Shown one piece after another: positions 27,766 to 36,720 of a stretch of DNA of 64,000 nucleotides; within the stretch, counting starts at the first letter, position 1; every line of letters begins with the position of its first letter. A program made the translations under genes and the position numbers. The notes below the pieces were generated by a model. It searched no databases. It was not told the origin of the DNA and saw only the letters and a list, made by a program, of their open reading frames with translations. The stretch comes from a virus, in the IMG/VR virus record IMGVR_UViG_3300044614_002195, positions 64,001 through 128,000 of that record. One strand, 5' to 3'.

Positions 27766-27892
27766 GAACGGAAACGTTTCTGCTGTCGCATGACAGCTAG
27801 CTGACCAGGCAGCTAAAAATAACCTGGATATTTTCTGGTGGTAACGGGTTCCCTCTCCCTGCGAGCATCTTGCTCCAGGGAGAGGGTTTTTT
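27766..27892 (+). ncRNA. Candidate small RNA with hairpin, H-type pseudoknot and terminator
   Basis: Bounded by a promoter and an intrinsic terminator; no ORF; GCTGTC/GACAGC hairpin; TAGCTG/CAGCTA stem whose CCAGG loop is complementary to downstream CCTGG. Confidence 0.45.
27851..27892 (+). terminator. Intrinsic terminator
   Basis: CCCTCTCCCTG-c-GAGCA-tct-TGCTC-CAGGGAGAGGG followed by T6. Confidence 0.8.
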
Positions 27893-27907
27893 CAACACCC
27901 TATTTTC

Positions 27908-29188
27908 TTAGCTATTGGCTTTTACGATCTTTACGTTATGACATGTAAGCTGAATCATTGTAAGCAACTGCCTTACGTACTTTTCATTTATGAAGGGTAT
28001 ACCTAAGCCTAAAGACAAAAACATTTTACGGATACCTTTAGTGAACAAGAAGCATGACGTAAGATACTTGTCTTCCATCTCGAAAGGCACAGCTGAATCT
28101 TCAAAATAAACCATACCGCACCAAATAAACTCTTCTTCATTTTTTTTACGTATCTCGGTGATATCTAGAGTAAAGTTTGTGAGCATCTCTTCTTCATTTC
28201 TCTTAATTAGAAAATAAGCTCTATCTCTTTTAACGTATGTTTTTCCATGTACATTAAATTGCTGTTCTCTGGTTTTCATCCAGTACGACATAAGCTCTTG
28301 TCCGCTGTTTTTCTCCAGCTCCTGCACTTGCTGGTAATTCAGCATAGCTACATGGTTCTTAAGGTCTTCGCTGCCCTGCTTACCAAGCATAAGCTCTTTA
28401 ATGTCTTCAGAAAATTTAGAGTGATTACTCTCGCTCCATATCTTAATTAGCTGCTCTGTTGTAAGCATTTCAGATAAGGATACAGGAGAATTGTTCCAAT
28501 AGTCGTTTTTATAATTCCAAGTATTTCCCGCTTTTATTTTTAGCTCATTCATATCCCTAACAATCTCCACTCCCTGTCTACCGTACCAGCCATACTCACC
28601 ATTCAAAAAAACATTCTCTCTTTGATTGATGTCAGCGATTCTTGCCACCTCTAATGAGCATATATGTTTGGGAGAGCAAAACGACGGCACTACTAGGCTT
28701 TTTTTGTACTTATACTTGTTCTCCAGTTCAAGTCTAGGGAAAGCCTTTATAACCTTCTCTGACAAGTAACCAAATCTATTATTAAGTAATGCAGGCATAC
28801 CCATCTCTTCTAGTACTTCAGTAAAGTATGCTAAGCCATCTTTATGTCTAACTCTAGCAGCCTGGGCCTCCTGTACACTCAGTAACCATGCAGACTGAAA
28901 CTGCATAATTCTGGTTTGGTTTTTAAAAAGTTGCTTTTCAGCATACTCGCTGTATGGTAAATTAAAATCAAAGCAATCTGAAAAGTCTTTGCAAATTATT
29001 CCATATAACCTAGACCAATCAGATATAGGGAAAAAATCAAAAATATTTCCAATAAAGTCTGAATTTTTAGATCTAGCATACCAACCAAACAAAGGAACAC
29101 GTATAAAGTCATATTCTGACGTATTTGCCCCTAGCTTACCTACCACACTGGGTAGGTTTATTTTAGAATTGAACGAATTTAGTAACAT
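27908..29188 (-). CDS. Hypothetical protein; C-terminus weakly resembles segments upstream of primase-associated helicase domains
   Basis: Long minus-strand ORF. ATG 29188 (MLLNSF) avoids overlap with the divergent gene. The LTNFTLDITEI segment is only suggestive. Confidence 0.55.
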   Translation of the reverse strand: MLLNSFNSKINLPSVVGKLGANTSEYDFIRVPLFGWYARSKNSDFIGNIFDFFPISDWSRLYGIICKDFSDCFDFNLPYSEYAEKQLFKNQTRIMQFQSAWLLSVQEAQAARVRHKDGLAYFTEVLEEMGMPALLNNRFGYLSEKVIKAFPRLELENKYKYKKSLVVPSFCSPKHICSLEVARIADINQRENVFLNGEYGWYGRQGVEIVRDMNELKIKAGNTWNYKNDYWNNSPVSLSEMLTTEQLIKIWSESNHSKFSEDIKELMLGKQGSEDLKNHVAMLNYQQVQELEKNSGQELMSYWMKTREQQFNVHGKTYVKRDRAYFLIKRNEEEMLTNFTLDITEIRKKNEEEFIWCGMVYFEDSAVPFEMEDKYLTSCFLFTKGIRKMFLSLGLGIPFINEKYVRQLLTMIQLTCHNVKIVKANS

Positions 29189-29206
29189 AGTATAATAAGA
29201 ATAAAT

Positions 29207-30262
29207 ATGAAAATTGCATTTGACCAACAGACCGACTACTCAGGTAAACAATTGTACAGCATGCTTTCCGGGGTAGATGTCCCTGAATATGTAAAAACTG
29301 CAGAAGTCGAAGATGCTCACGAGCTTAGACAGTTGCCTAAGACTGCTTTCGCTGACCCTGAAAGAATGATTTACCCTATTAACACTCCTGCTAGGGTTTA
29401 TGTGAGTAACGCGCATTTTGTTAATAAGAAAGCTGATATCACCAAACTATACGGTGAAGACTACTCTAGTCAATTAGAAAACAAGATCGCTGAAGCTGCG
29501 GAAGTGTTCGGAATCTCAGATGATCTCAGCAATTATAATAGTGAGCTTAACGTAAAGATTGCTGCAGACTATGAGGAAAAGTACATGGTGGACTTTGAAG
29601 CCCCAGGAATGGATGCATCCATCAAACTTTTCCCTGTGAAGACAGCATCAGATTTGAGCGAATCCGCTGAAACTTTCGCTAAAAATATCAGTAATTTCCC
29701 GTTCGCGGTAAGAATTAAATCTGCTGAGAATTTCGTAAAGGCTGCTGGTGAACTAGGGGTAGACGATATGCCTGAGCTTATCCTTAAATACGCAGGCCTG
29801 TACTACCCAGACTTGATTAACCTCGACCAGGAACTCTGGCGCAGATCTACAAAATTGGCTAACGAAGCGCATCATGAAATCTATGACAAGATCCGTGATG
29901 ACCTTTCTAATATGACTAGTGTTTCGGAGGTCATGAAGGTCGCGGAAACCTGTTTCAATATTGAAAATATGGAAGGCCTTTACGACAACGTTAAAGTAGC
30001 TCAGATTCTAGGTGACCCTGTGGACAGAATTTTCACAGAGCCCGTCACCAAGATTGCTGGCGACCTTAGCTATGTTGAAGTTCATGGCGATAAGTACAAG
30101 CTCGACGATCTTACAAAGATCAGCAAGGATAAGTACGAAGAAGCATTCGGAGACTGCGGGATTGACCCTGCAGACCCTGTGAAGATTGCGGATATTCTCC
30201 CCACCATGCCCAGAAGCGATGTAAAGCTTCTCGAGGAAATCACAGGTTTGAGACCTATCTAA
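29207..30262 (+). CDS. Acidic KxA-rich protein, probable head-associated protein
   Basis: 15 of 28 Lys residues are in K-x-A; KTAFADPERMIYPINT motif; followed by a terminator. Confidence 0.55.
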   Translation: MKIAFDQQTDYSGKQLYSMLSGVDVPEYVKTAEVEDAHELRQLPKTAFADPERMIYPINTPARVYVSNAHFVNKKADITKLYGEDYSSQLENKIAEAAEVFGISDDLSNYNSELNVKIAADYEEKYMVDFEAPGMDASIKLFPVKTASDLSESAETFAKNISNFPFAVRIKSAENFVKAAGELGVDDMPELILKYAGLYYPDLINLDQELWRRSTKLANEAHHEIYDKIRDDLSNMTSVSEVMKVAETCFNIENMEGLYDNVKVAQILGDPVDRIFTEPVTKIAGDLSYVEVHGDKYKLDDLTKISKDKYEEAFGDCGIDPADPVKIADILPTMPRSDVKLLEEITGLRPI

Positions 30263-30295
30263 TTAACAAACTTAAACAAACTAAAATTAAATAAC

Positions 30296-30329
30296 AACCC
30301 GCCAGGCTAAAACTTGGCGGGTTTCTTTT
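30296..30329 (+). terminator. Intrinsic terminator
   Basis: AACCCGCCAGG-ctaaaa-CTTGGCGGGTT followed by TCTTTT. Confidence 0.75.
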
Positions 30330-30893
30330 ATGTCAACACATACAGAAGAAGACGTACATGTAGAGTGGGTGCATGGAGGCAAACACTATAAGAAAAGGAA
30401 AAGCCTACCGTCACTTAATTCTCCAGAAGAGTTTTTCACTAACGCTTTAAGAGAGAATAAAGCTATAATTGTTAAAGCTTTTAATATAAGGAAAAGTAAA
30501 TCTAGTATATCTCGATATACTATAAATCTAATTGTAGGATATAGGCAGGATTTTGAGTTTAAAGACCCCAAAATATTCATAAACTACTGGAGACTGTGGC
30601 CATATGCTACTCCTCCGGAAGAGACTATGATTGCTTCTAGGTACCTGCCGGCACCATTCAGCAACATCTACGCAATTCTACCTTGTAGTAAATTTACACA
30701 TAATGAACAACCTGTATCAAAGTACCTTAGAGCACCTAGAGTAAGTTTATTTCCCAGATATGGTGAGGAGTACATATATAATCTTAACGCTAGTATTAAC
30801 TCAGATGATCTTGCTTCTTGGATGACTATAGTTAATCTGGCTGTTCAGAAAGTTCACAAACAGTTTGTGGATGAGAACGGTGAGATTGTATAA
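30330..30893 (+). CDS. Hypothetical protein
   Basis: 187-aa ORF. Confidence 0.6.
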   Translation: MSTHTEEDVHVEWVHGGKHYKKRKSLPSLNSPEEFFTNALRENKAIIVKAFNIRKSKSSISRYTINLIVGYRQDFEFKDPKIFINYWRLWPYATPPEETMIASRYLPAPFSNIYAILPCSKFTHNEQPVSKYLRAPRVSLFPRYGEEYIYNLNASINSDDLASWMTIVNLAVQKVHKQFVDENGEIV

Positions 30894-30900
30894 TGCTTAT

Positions 30901-31449
30901 ATGAAGAGTAAAAAAGAAATATTAAAAGATGAGAAAGCTCCTGTACTGGTCTTGCTTGCGCTCGTAACTAAAGAATACGGTAAAGAGTGCTATGAGTGGG
31001 AACCTCTTGTTTTAAAAGCAGAACTGCAGGAAGATTTTGATGTAACTATCTCAGATTTGCAGTCAGATAAAATACAAGCAGGCATCACAATCTTAACCAC
31101 AGATCAGTACGAAACAAACGTGCCTGTTTTTGAGACTCTCAACTATCTACTAAACAATCAGCCTGACGACCTGCAAGACTTTAATCCGCTTGAAGCAGAA
31201 GAGGTGATATGTGGATTAACAGAGGCGTATCTGATCCGAGGAGAAAAAATGCACTTCTCTCCTGAAATTAGGGTGTACACAGGATTAATATTTGAAGATT
31301 ATGGTATGCACAAGCCGCCTACGTTGTTCCCTGAAGCCTTAATGAAAGAGCGCGACGGCAATGATGAAACCAAGAACGATGCTCTCCAAGAGTTGTTTGA
31401 CGAAAAAATTAAACTTGTTAAAAAATACTTAGACAATGCACATTTATAA
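30901..31449 (+). CDS. Hypothetical acidic protein
   Basis: ATG 30901 (MKSKKEIL) preferred; it follows the previous stop and a TATAAT. Confidence 0.6.
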   Translation: MKSKKEILKDEKAPVLVLLALVTKEYGKECYEWEPLVLKAELQEDFDVTISDLQSDKIQAGITILTTDQYETNVPVFETLNYLLNNQPDDLQDFNPLEAEEVICGLTEAYLIRGEKMHFSPEIRVYTGLIFEDYGMHKPPTLFPEALMKERDGNDETKNDALQELFDEKIKLVKKYLDNAHL

Positions 31450-32548
31450 CGCGCAGCTTCATGATATTTATGAGAAGCCCAACGCCAAAAGGTTGGAGCA
31501 TCTGTATAACAAGCTTTTTAAAACTATACCCACCACAGTCAGCTTTTCTGATAACTTTGAGATGGATTCACTGAAGGCTATCGAAGAGCACTTTGATATC
31601 TTCACGAGTGATATAACGGTAGTAGGTTCTAGACTTGTAGAGGAAACAGTGTGGGTAGGCAAGGCTGGTAAGTACGAAGATATCCTACTACATTCCTCGT
31701 ATAGGTCTCCAGATGGAGACCATCCTATGCTGGGTTCAGTATTTGGTAGCAGTATTAAAAAAGAAGAGATCGATAGCTTGCATGTAAGTGTTAGAGCTGC
31801 ATGTAAAGACAGAGAAGAGGCCAAGCTGTTATGCGATCTTTTGTTACCGTTTAAACTGCAGCTTAAAAATAAGATTTACATGCTTACAGCTAGCTATGGA
31901 GATCTCAGCCTATCTCCGTTGCCCACAATGGATGTAAACGGTAATTTAGCTCTAAACTATGGCTCAGAGTTCGAAGCTTTTCATGAAAAAATCATGGATA
32001 GCCTTAAAACAAAAACATCTGGGCTGTATCTGTTCAGCGGGCCTCCAGGTACAGGCAAATCATCTTACATCAAATATCTCACAACCTGCGATATCGGACG
32101 TAAGATAGTATACATCCCAGGAGGGATGATTGAACAGCTTGTATCTCCTGAGATGGTTCCGCTACTGGTCGAGAACAAGAATATTATTCTGGTAATCGAG
32201 GATGCTGAGAAAGCTTTAATCTCTAGAGAAGTATCAGCAAACACAGACATGGTACAGACTGTACTCAACCTTACATCAGGCTTCCTTGGCGATGCGGCTA
32301 ATGTTTCTATCATTGCCACATTCAATACATCCAAGGATAACATTGATTCTGCGCTACTACGTAAAGGTCGATTGAAGCTTAGTTATGAGTTTGATAAGCT
32401 CTCATTAGCGGACACTATCAATTTGGCTGAATCTCTAGGATTAAATACCTCCAAAATTACTGAAGGTATGACTCTTGCAGATATCTACCATATGGAAGAG
32501 CAGCCAGGCTATGAGAAGCCAGAAGAAAAGCGCGTAGGCTTTTTCTAA
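31436..32548 (+). CDS. AAA+ ATPase (single AAA domain)
   Basis: Walker A GPPGTGKS, Walker B variant LVIEDAE, SRH ATFN...DSALLRKGRL. Confidence 0.85.
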   Translation: MHIYNAQLHDIYEKPNAKRLEHLYNKLFKTIPTTVSFSDNFEMDSLKAIEEHFDIFTSDITVVGSRLVEETVWVGKAGKYEDILLHSSYRSPDGDHPMLGSVFGSSIKKEEIDSLHVSVRAACKDREEAKLLCDLLLPFKLQLKNKIYMLTASYGDLSLSPLPTMDVNGNLALNYGSEFEAFHEKIMDSLKTKTSGLYLFSGPPGTGKSSYIKYLTTCDIGRKIVYIPGGMIEQLVSPEMVPLLVENKNIILVIEDAEKALISREVSANTDMVQTVLNLTSGFLGDAANVSIIATFNTSKDNIDSALLRKGRLKLSYEFDKLSLADTINLAESLGLNTSKITEGMTLADIYHMEEQPGYEKPEEKRVGFF

Positions 32549-32552
32549 GATA

Positions 32553-34268
32553 CTAGCTCTCCCTGCCGGCGCTACTGCTAGGTCCTGTAAGGCTTGAGTC
32601 GCCTATTACCATATAGGCAGCACATACCGCAAATACAAGGCTATGCATAGCGTCGTCAGGCTGCTTGGGGTGGTGATCGTAGATTAGCTCCTGTCCATAC
32701 AAACCGTCTTTGACTTCAATGTATATGTTCAAGAGATCTTGCATATATTCCGAAACTTCGCCCCAAGAAGGAAAAAGTATCTTGCCTGCTTTAATTTGCC
32801 TGATAACTAGAGATATCACATCAGATCTATGTAGAACCCATCTGTTCTGCCTCCAGTCGTACACACCCGGCTCAAAGTGCTGAATCATTTTTGTTCTTCT
32901 ATAGGCAGCCATTTGAGATCTGTTAGGGTCTGTAAGTTCACATAGTTTAATTCCCCTGATAGGATCAGGACCTGAGTCAGATACGCAAAAGGCGTTTACA
33001 CTATTAGCGTGATCAGCTATGGCTCTAATGTGTGCCTCGTAATCAAACCCACGATATATTTTAGCAGAAATTATTTCGTAAACTCCATCTGAGCGTATTC
33101 CGCCCAGTGTAGCTACCGTTCTAGACTGCGCCATACTCACACCCCAATCCACCCCCATAGTATATGCAGTGTACCTAGCCTTATTTTTATTTAAGATAGC
33201 AAAATTATACTCATTACCGTCTACGTACTGTGATCCTAGCAAACATACTTTAACAAGTTCTTCTTGTGTGATTGGTTTTGACCCTATGTCATATGACAGC
33301 CCTAGAGTTTCATTCATAACCACTCTAAGCTCGTTTTTACCGCTATGTACTTTTTGATAAATTTCTTTCCACTCTTTAGGGTCCTCGTTGAAGTGAGGCA
33401 AGAGAGGCTGAGCTAGATGATAGCCGGTGATTAGATAATCGCTAGGGTTCATGCTCACCCATTCACCATCTCGAGAGTTTAATACTTTTGAACACTTCGA
33501 ACAGCTGAAACCGTGAGGCTGAATCATCTTCAGAGGATCATTTCCTTCTGTAAGAGAATTCCAATGATTACAGCCTGTACACTTCATCATCCATTCAAGC
33601 TGATTGGATGTTTTCCACATTCTATGAATAGTATTTGTAGAATCAAGAGGTGTACCGGCAAAAATTTCCCTTTTATAAGGGCTCATGGCCATAGTTTCCT
33701 GAATAATAGGAATCTGGTCGTGCTGGATATCCTGGACTTCATCATACACAACACAATCTATAGCAGGTCCACGAGTTCTGGTAGCATCGTCACTCACATA
33801 GCGAAACAAAACGCTGCTGTGCGTGTCATCCAATATCTTCTCAAACACATCATTCTTAAACCATCCTTTTACTAATAAATTTTTAATTTTTGGGCTCTCG
33901 AATCTTGGAGGAATATAGTTACTTGAAAAATACTTAGTAGTAAGCTCCTGAGGGCCGACATACATCATCTTGAAATAGTTCCAACGTATCAAATTAAGAC
34001 AAATAAAATTACTTAAAAGTGTAGACTTAAGAGTCTTACGGCTGCACTTTAATAAAAGTTTTTGAGGCATATTGTCATAAATATGCTTCAACATCGGGAA
34101 AGCATCTAGTTTCTGCAGCCGCCCTTCATTATCGTACAGATAATTCTCGACAAAATGTGAAGGCGGAAGTACCGAAAATATTAATTGTCGAGCAATAAAC
34201 GCTGACTTCGCATTGTTTTTGCGTAGCAGCTTTTCCACAGTGTCCTTAATTGTAACATGATACGACAT
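32553..34268 (-). CDS. terL: Terminase large subunit, GpA-type
   Basis: ATPase region CSRKTLKST, Walker B VVYDEVQD, motif III FAGTP, Zn-finger CTGC...CSKC, nuclease GVDWG and PDDAMHS. Confidence 0.8.
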   Translation of the reverse strand: MSYHVTIKDTVEKLLRKNNAKSAFIARQLIFSVLPPSHFVENYLYDNEGRLQKLDAFPMLKHIYDNMPQKLLLKCSRKTLKSTLLSNFICLNLIRWNYFKMMYVGPQELTTKYFSSNYIPPRFESPKIKNLLVKGWFKNDVFEKILDDTHSSVLFRYVSDDATRTRGPAIDCVVYDEVQDIQHDQIPIIQETMAMSPYKREIFAGTPLDSTNTIHRMWKTSNQLEWMMKCTGCNHWNSLTEGNDPLKMIQPHGFSCSKCSKVLNSRDGEWVSMNPSDYLITGYHLAQPLLPHFNEDPKEWKEIYQKVHSGKNELRVVMNETLGLSYDIGSKPITQEELVKVCLLGSQYVDGNEYNFAILNKNKARYTAYTMGVDWGVSMAQSRTVATLGGIRSDGVYEIISAKIYRGFDYEAHIRAIADHANSVNAFCVSDSGPDPIRGIKLCELTDPNRSQMAAYRRTKMIQHFEPGVYDWRQNRWVLHRSDVISLVIRQIKAGKILFPSWGEVSEYMQDLLNIYIEVKDGLYGQELIYDHHPKQPDDAMHSLVFAVCAAYMVIGDSSLTGPSSSAGRES

Positions 34269-34425
34269 AAACGTAATAATAAAAGCAAACCCAGAAAAGC
34301 CAAAAATGTAACAGAAGAGGTATTTAAAGTTGTAGAATCGTCTTTCGACGCATTTCTCAGTATCTTCAATGGCGGCAATTCTGACAAGAAAAAATATTAT
34401 AGAGTCTACAAAGATTGACCTGCTA

Positions 34426-34434
34426 TGCTATAAT
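34426..34434 (+). promoter_or_regulatory. Extended -10 promoter TGCTATAAT inside an 8-bp inverted repeat (34419-34440)
   Basis: CCTGCTAT-gctata-ATAGCAGG; the -10 ends 10 nt upstream of ATG 34445. Confidence 0.5.
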
Positions 34435-34444
34435 AGCAGGTGTT

Positions 34445-34612
34445 ATGAGTAGAACTATTAGAAAATATCAGGTCAGAGATAAACGAAATCGGTATAAGCA
34501 GATCGAACGTCAAAAGCTGGAAGACCAGTATTATACAGATGTAGCAAAATCGCATGACAGAAAAATCCGTAAAAAGGGTCTTCGAGAAGAAGAATCCGAC
34601 GAACAGCAGTGA
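34445..34612 (+). CDS. Small charged protein (55 aa, MSRTIRKY...)
   Basis: ATG just downstream of the promoter; basic N-terminus, acidic tail. Confidence 0.5.
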   Translation: MSRTIRKYQVRDKRNRYKQIERQKLEDQYYTDVAKSHDRKIRKKGLREEESDEQQ

Positions 34613-35144
34613 TATAAGTAATATAAAAAGAGGGCGAGGAAGACCAAAGGGCGCCAAAAATAAACCAAAAGTTGAATCTGTTCCGACTGTAGCTAAAAAA
34701 AGAGGTCGGCCTAAGGGTTCAAAGAACAAAGTTAAAACAAGCAGTTATCAGGAAATTCAAGTAAAAGGTAAGTACCTTAACCCTATAGCTTCGGCTAAAC
34801 CTGAAATAGCTCGCATTCCTAAACCTCCAGGTAAAAGAGGAAGACCTAGGAAAAACGATAACCCACTAGCTGCGTCTTCAGTTAAAAAAGAAGAGCAGAA
34901 GGCTGAACTACCTACAACATCAGGTAATCATCCCTTATTTCCAGCCGTAGCCTGGCTTGAAAAAAATATGCATCACAACGAGCTGCAATACTATCGCAGT
35001 CGTGCGCACAAAATAGGCTCAACCATACAGGTAGCCATAGCTTCAGACATCCTGGGTTTCTTTAATGTTCAGGATGCGGAGATATGCAAACAAATCAAGA
35101 AAAACACATTCATCGCAAGCGTAACAAAACATGAACTGCATTAA
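34554..35144 (+). CDS. AT-hook DNA-binding protein
   Basis: Three hooks: KRGRGRPKG, KKRGRPKG, KRGRPRK; helical C-terminal domain. Start uncertain. Confidence 0.7.
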   Translation: MTEKSVKRVFEKKNPTNSSDISNIKRGRGRPKGAKNKPKVESVPTVAKKRGRPKGSKNKVKTSSYQEIQVKGKYLNPIASAKPEIARIPKPPGKRGRPRKNDNPLAASSVKKEEQKAELPTTSGNHPLFPAVAWLEKNMHHNELQYYRSRAHKIGSTIQVAIASDILGFFNVQDAEICKQIKKNTFIASVTKHELH

Positions 35145-36720
35145 TAAAATCAAAAACTATCAAAGAGCCGGCTATTCTGGTGTATTCGTACTAACTCACG
35201 AAGAAGCCAGATTCATGCTCGAGCTTACAACTCTAAGCAACTTAGAGTATAATGCTCTCAACATTGTCGAATGGGACACACAGAAAGGCCTTCTATTCCG
35301 ATCAGGAAAAACTAAAATAGGGTTTCAAGAGGACACTACTAAAAACACTAGCGATCTACTGGAATATATTCAAAATTATTCGCAGACCAATACAATCTTT
35401 GTGTTGAAAGATTTTCATCTGCATTTTGATAAAATTCTCAATATTCGTCTATTGAGGAACGCTTGGAATAACCTAAAGCGAATGGGTAATATGATTGTTT
35501 TTGTAGGGCATAAATACGCAGTACCCGGCGAGCTCCAAAAGGAGGTACAGCTACTAGACTATGACCTTCCAAATATAGAAGCACTTACCGAGAGGTTGAT
35601 GTATATCAAAAGCTCGATTGATAAAGGCAGAGAAGAGGCAGGTAAGGCGCCTACTGAGCTTGATAACAGTATTATAGAGGCAGCAACGGAAGCTGCGAGA
35701 GGCATGACCAGCCTTGAGGCTGAGAACGCTTTTGCTTCCGCCTGGACAGAAACCGGAAAGTTTAATAGCGTTTTTGTTGAAGCAGTATTTAAAGAAAAAA
35801 TTGCGCAGCTTAAAAAGAACGGATTGTTGACCTACATGGAGCCAAACATCAGCTTTGATAATGTTGGCGGCATGCAAGGCCTAAAAACCTGGCTAACTAC
35901 TAGGAAAAAAGCGTACGCTAAAGAAGCTAGAGCATACAATCTACCTTTACCTAAGGGTATGCTATTGGCCAGTGTGCCAGGTACTGGGAAAAGTCTGATT
36001 TGTAAGGCAATTGCTAAAGAGTTTGACTGCCCGCTGTTTGCTCTGGATATTGGTAGCGTATTTGATTCGCTTGTTGGTAGCAGCGAAAAGAATATGCGAG
36101 AGATCATTAAAACTGTTGAAAGCGTGGGTAAGTGTGTGATCTTGATTGACGAGATCGAGAAAAGCTTGAGTAACAGCGCAGTCAGTGGCTCTGGAGACAG
36201 TGGCGTAGGCAGCCGTATCTTCGGTACTTTCCTGAGCTGGCTAAATGACCGCACAAATCCTGCGTTCATTGTTGCCACCACGAACAACCACACACTGTTG
36301 CCTGCAGCATTGATCCGCAAGGGTCGTTTTGATCAACTGTTCTGGGTAGACCTACCTACAGCAGAAGAGCGTAAAGAAATCTTCACTGTCGTGATTAATA
36401 AGTATAATAGAGATCCAAAAAACTTCTCTATTAAAACTTTAGTAAACGGCTCTGAAAACTTTACAGGCGCCGAGATTGAAGAAGTGTTTAAAGACGCGCT
36501 ATACAAAGCGTTTGATGCTGGTGAAGAAATTAATGATAGCCATGTTATGGAGGTACTGTCGGAGTTTATTCCGTTCGCAGTGTCACATGAAGAAGATCTA
36601 AAGACGATGCGCAAGCAAGCGCAAGGTAAGCTAGTTATGGTAAACAGTAAAGGTGATCCTATTGCTGACGTTCAGAAAAACATGAGAAAGCTGAGTATTG
36701 CAATCGGGGTAGAAGAGTAA
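35131..36720 (+). CDS. Ycf46-like AAA+ ATPase
   Basis: Degenerate N-terminal AAA (FVLKDFH); SFDNVGGMQGLKTWL; Walker A SVPGTGKS; Walker B ILIDEIEK; LIRKGRFD; lid FTGAEIE. Confidence 0.85.
   Translation: MNCINKIKNYQRAGYSGVFVLTHEEARFMLELTTLSNLEYNALNIVEWDTQKGLLFRSGKTKIGFQEDTTKNTSDLLEYIQNYSQTNTIFVLKDFHLHFDKILNIRLLRNAWNNLKRMGNMIVFVGHKYAVPGELQKEVQLLDYDLPNIEALTERLMYIKSSIDKGREEAGKAPTELDNSIIEAATEAARGMTSLEAENAFASAWTETGKFNSVFVEAVFKEKIAQLKKNGLLTYMEPNISFDNVGGMQGLKTWLTTRKKAYAKEARAYNLPLPKGMLLASVPGTGKSLICKAIAKEFDCPLFALDIGSVFDSLVGSSEKNMREIIKTVESVGKCVILIDEIEKSLSNSAVSGSGDSGVGSRIFGTFLSWLNDRTNPAFIVATTNNHTLLPAALIRKGRFDQLFWVDLPTAEERKEIFTVVINKYNRDPKNFSIKTLVNGSENFTGAEIEEVFKDALYKAFDAGEEINDSHVMEVLSEFIPFAVSHEEDLKTMRKQAQGKLVMVNSKGDPIADVQKNMRKLSIAIGVEE

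Noticed and set aside
34257-34418. 53-aa plus-strand ORF MIRHKRNNK...
   Set aside because: Overlaps the terL start head-to-head and lies upstream of the predicted promoter; cannot be supported without expression data.
34445-34640. Programmed frameshift joining the 55-aa ORF to the AT-hook ORF
   Set aside because: The 59-bp overlap is suggestive, but no canonical slippery heptamer with a downstream structure was found; an ordinary start at 34554 explains it.
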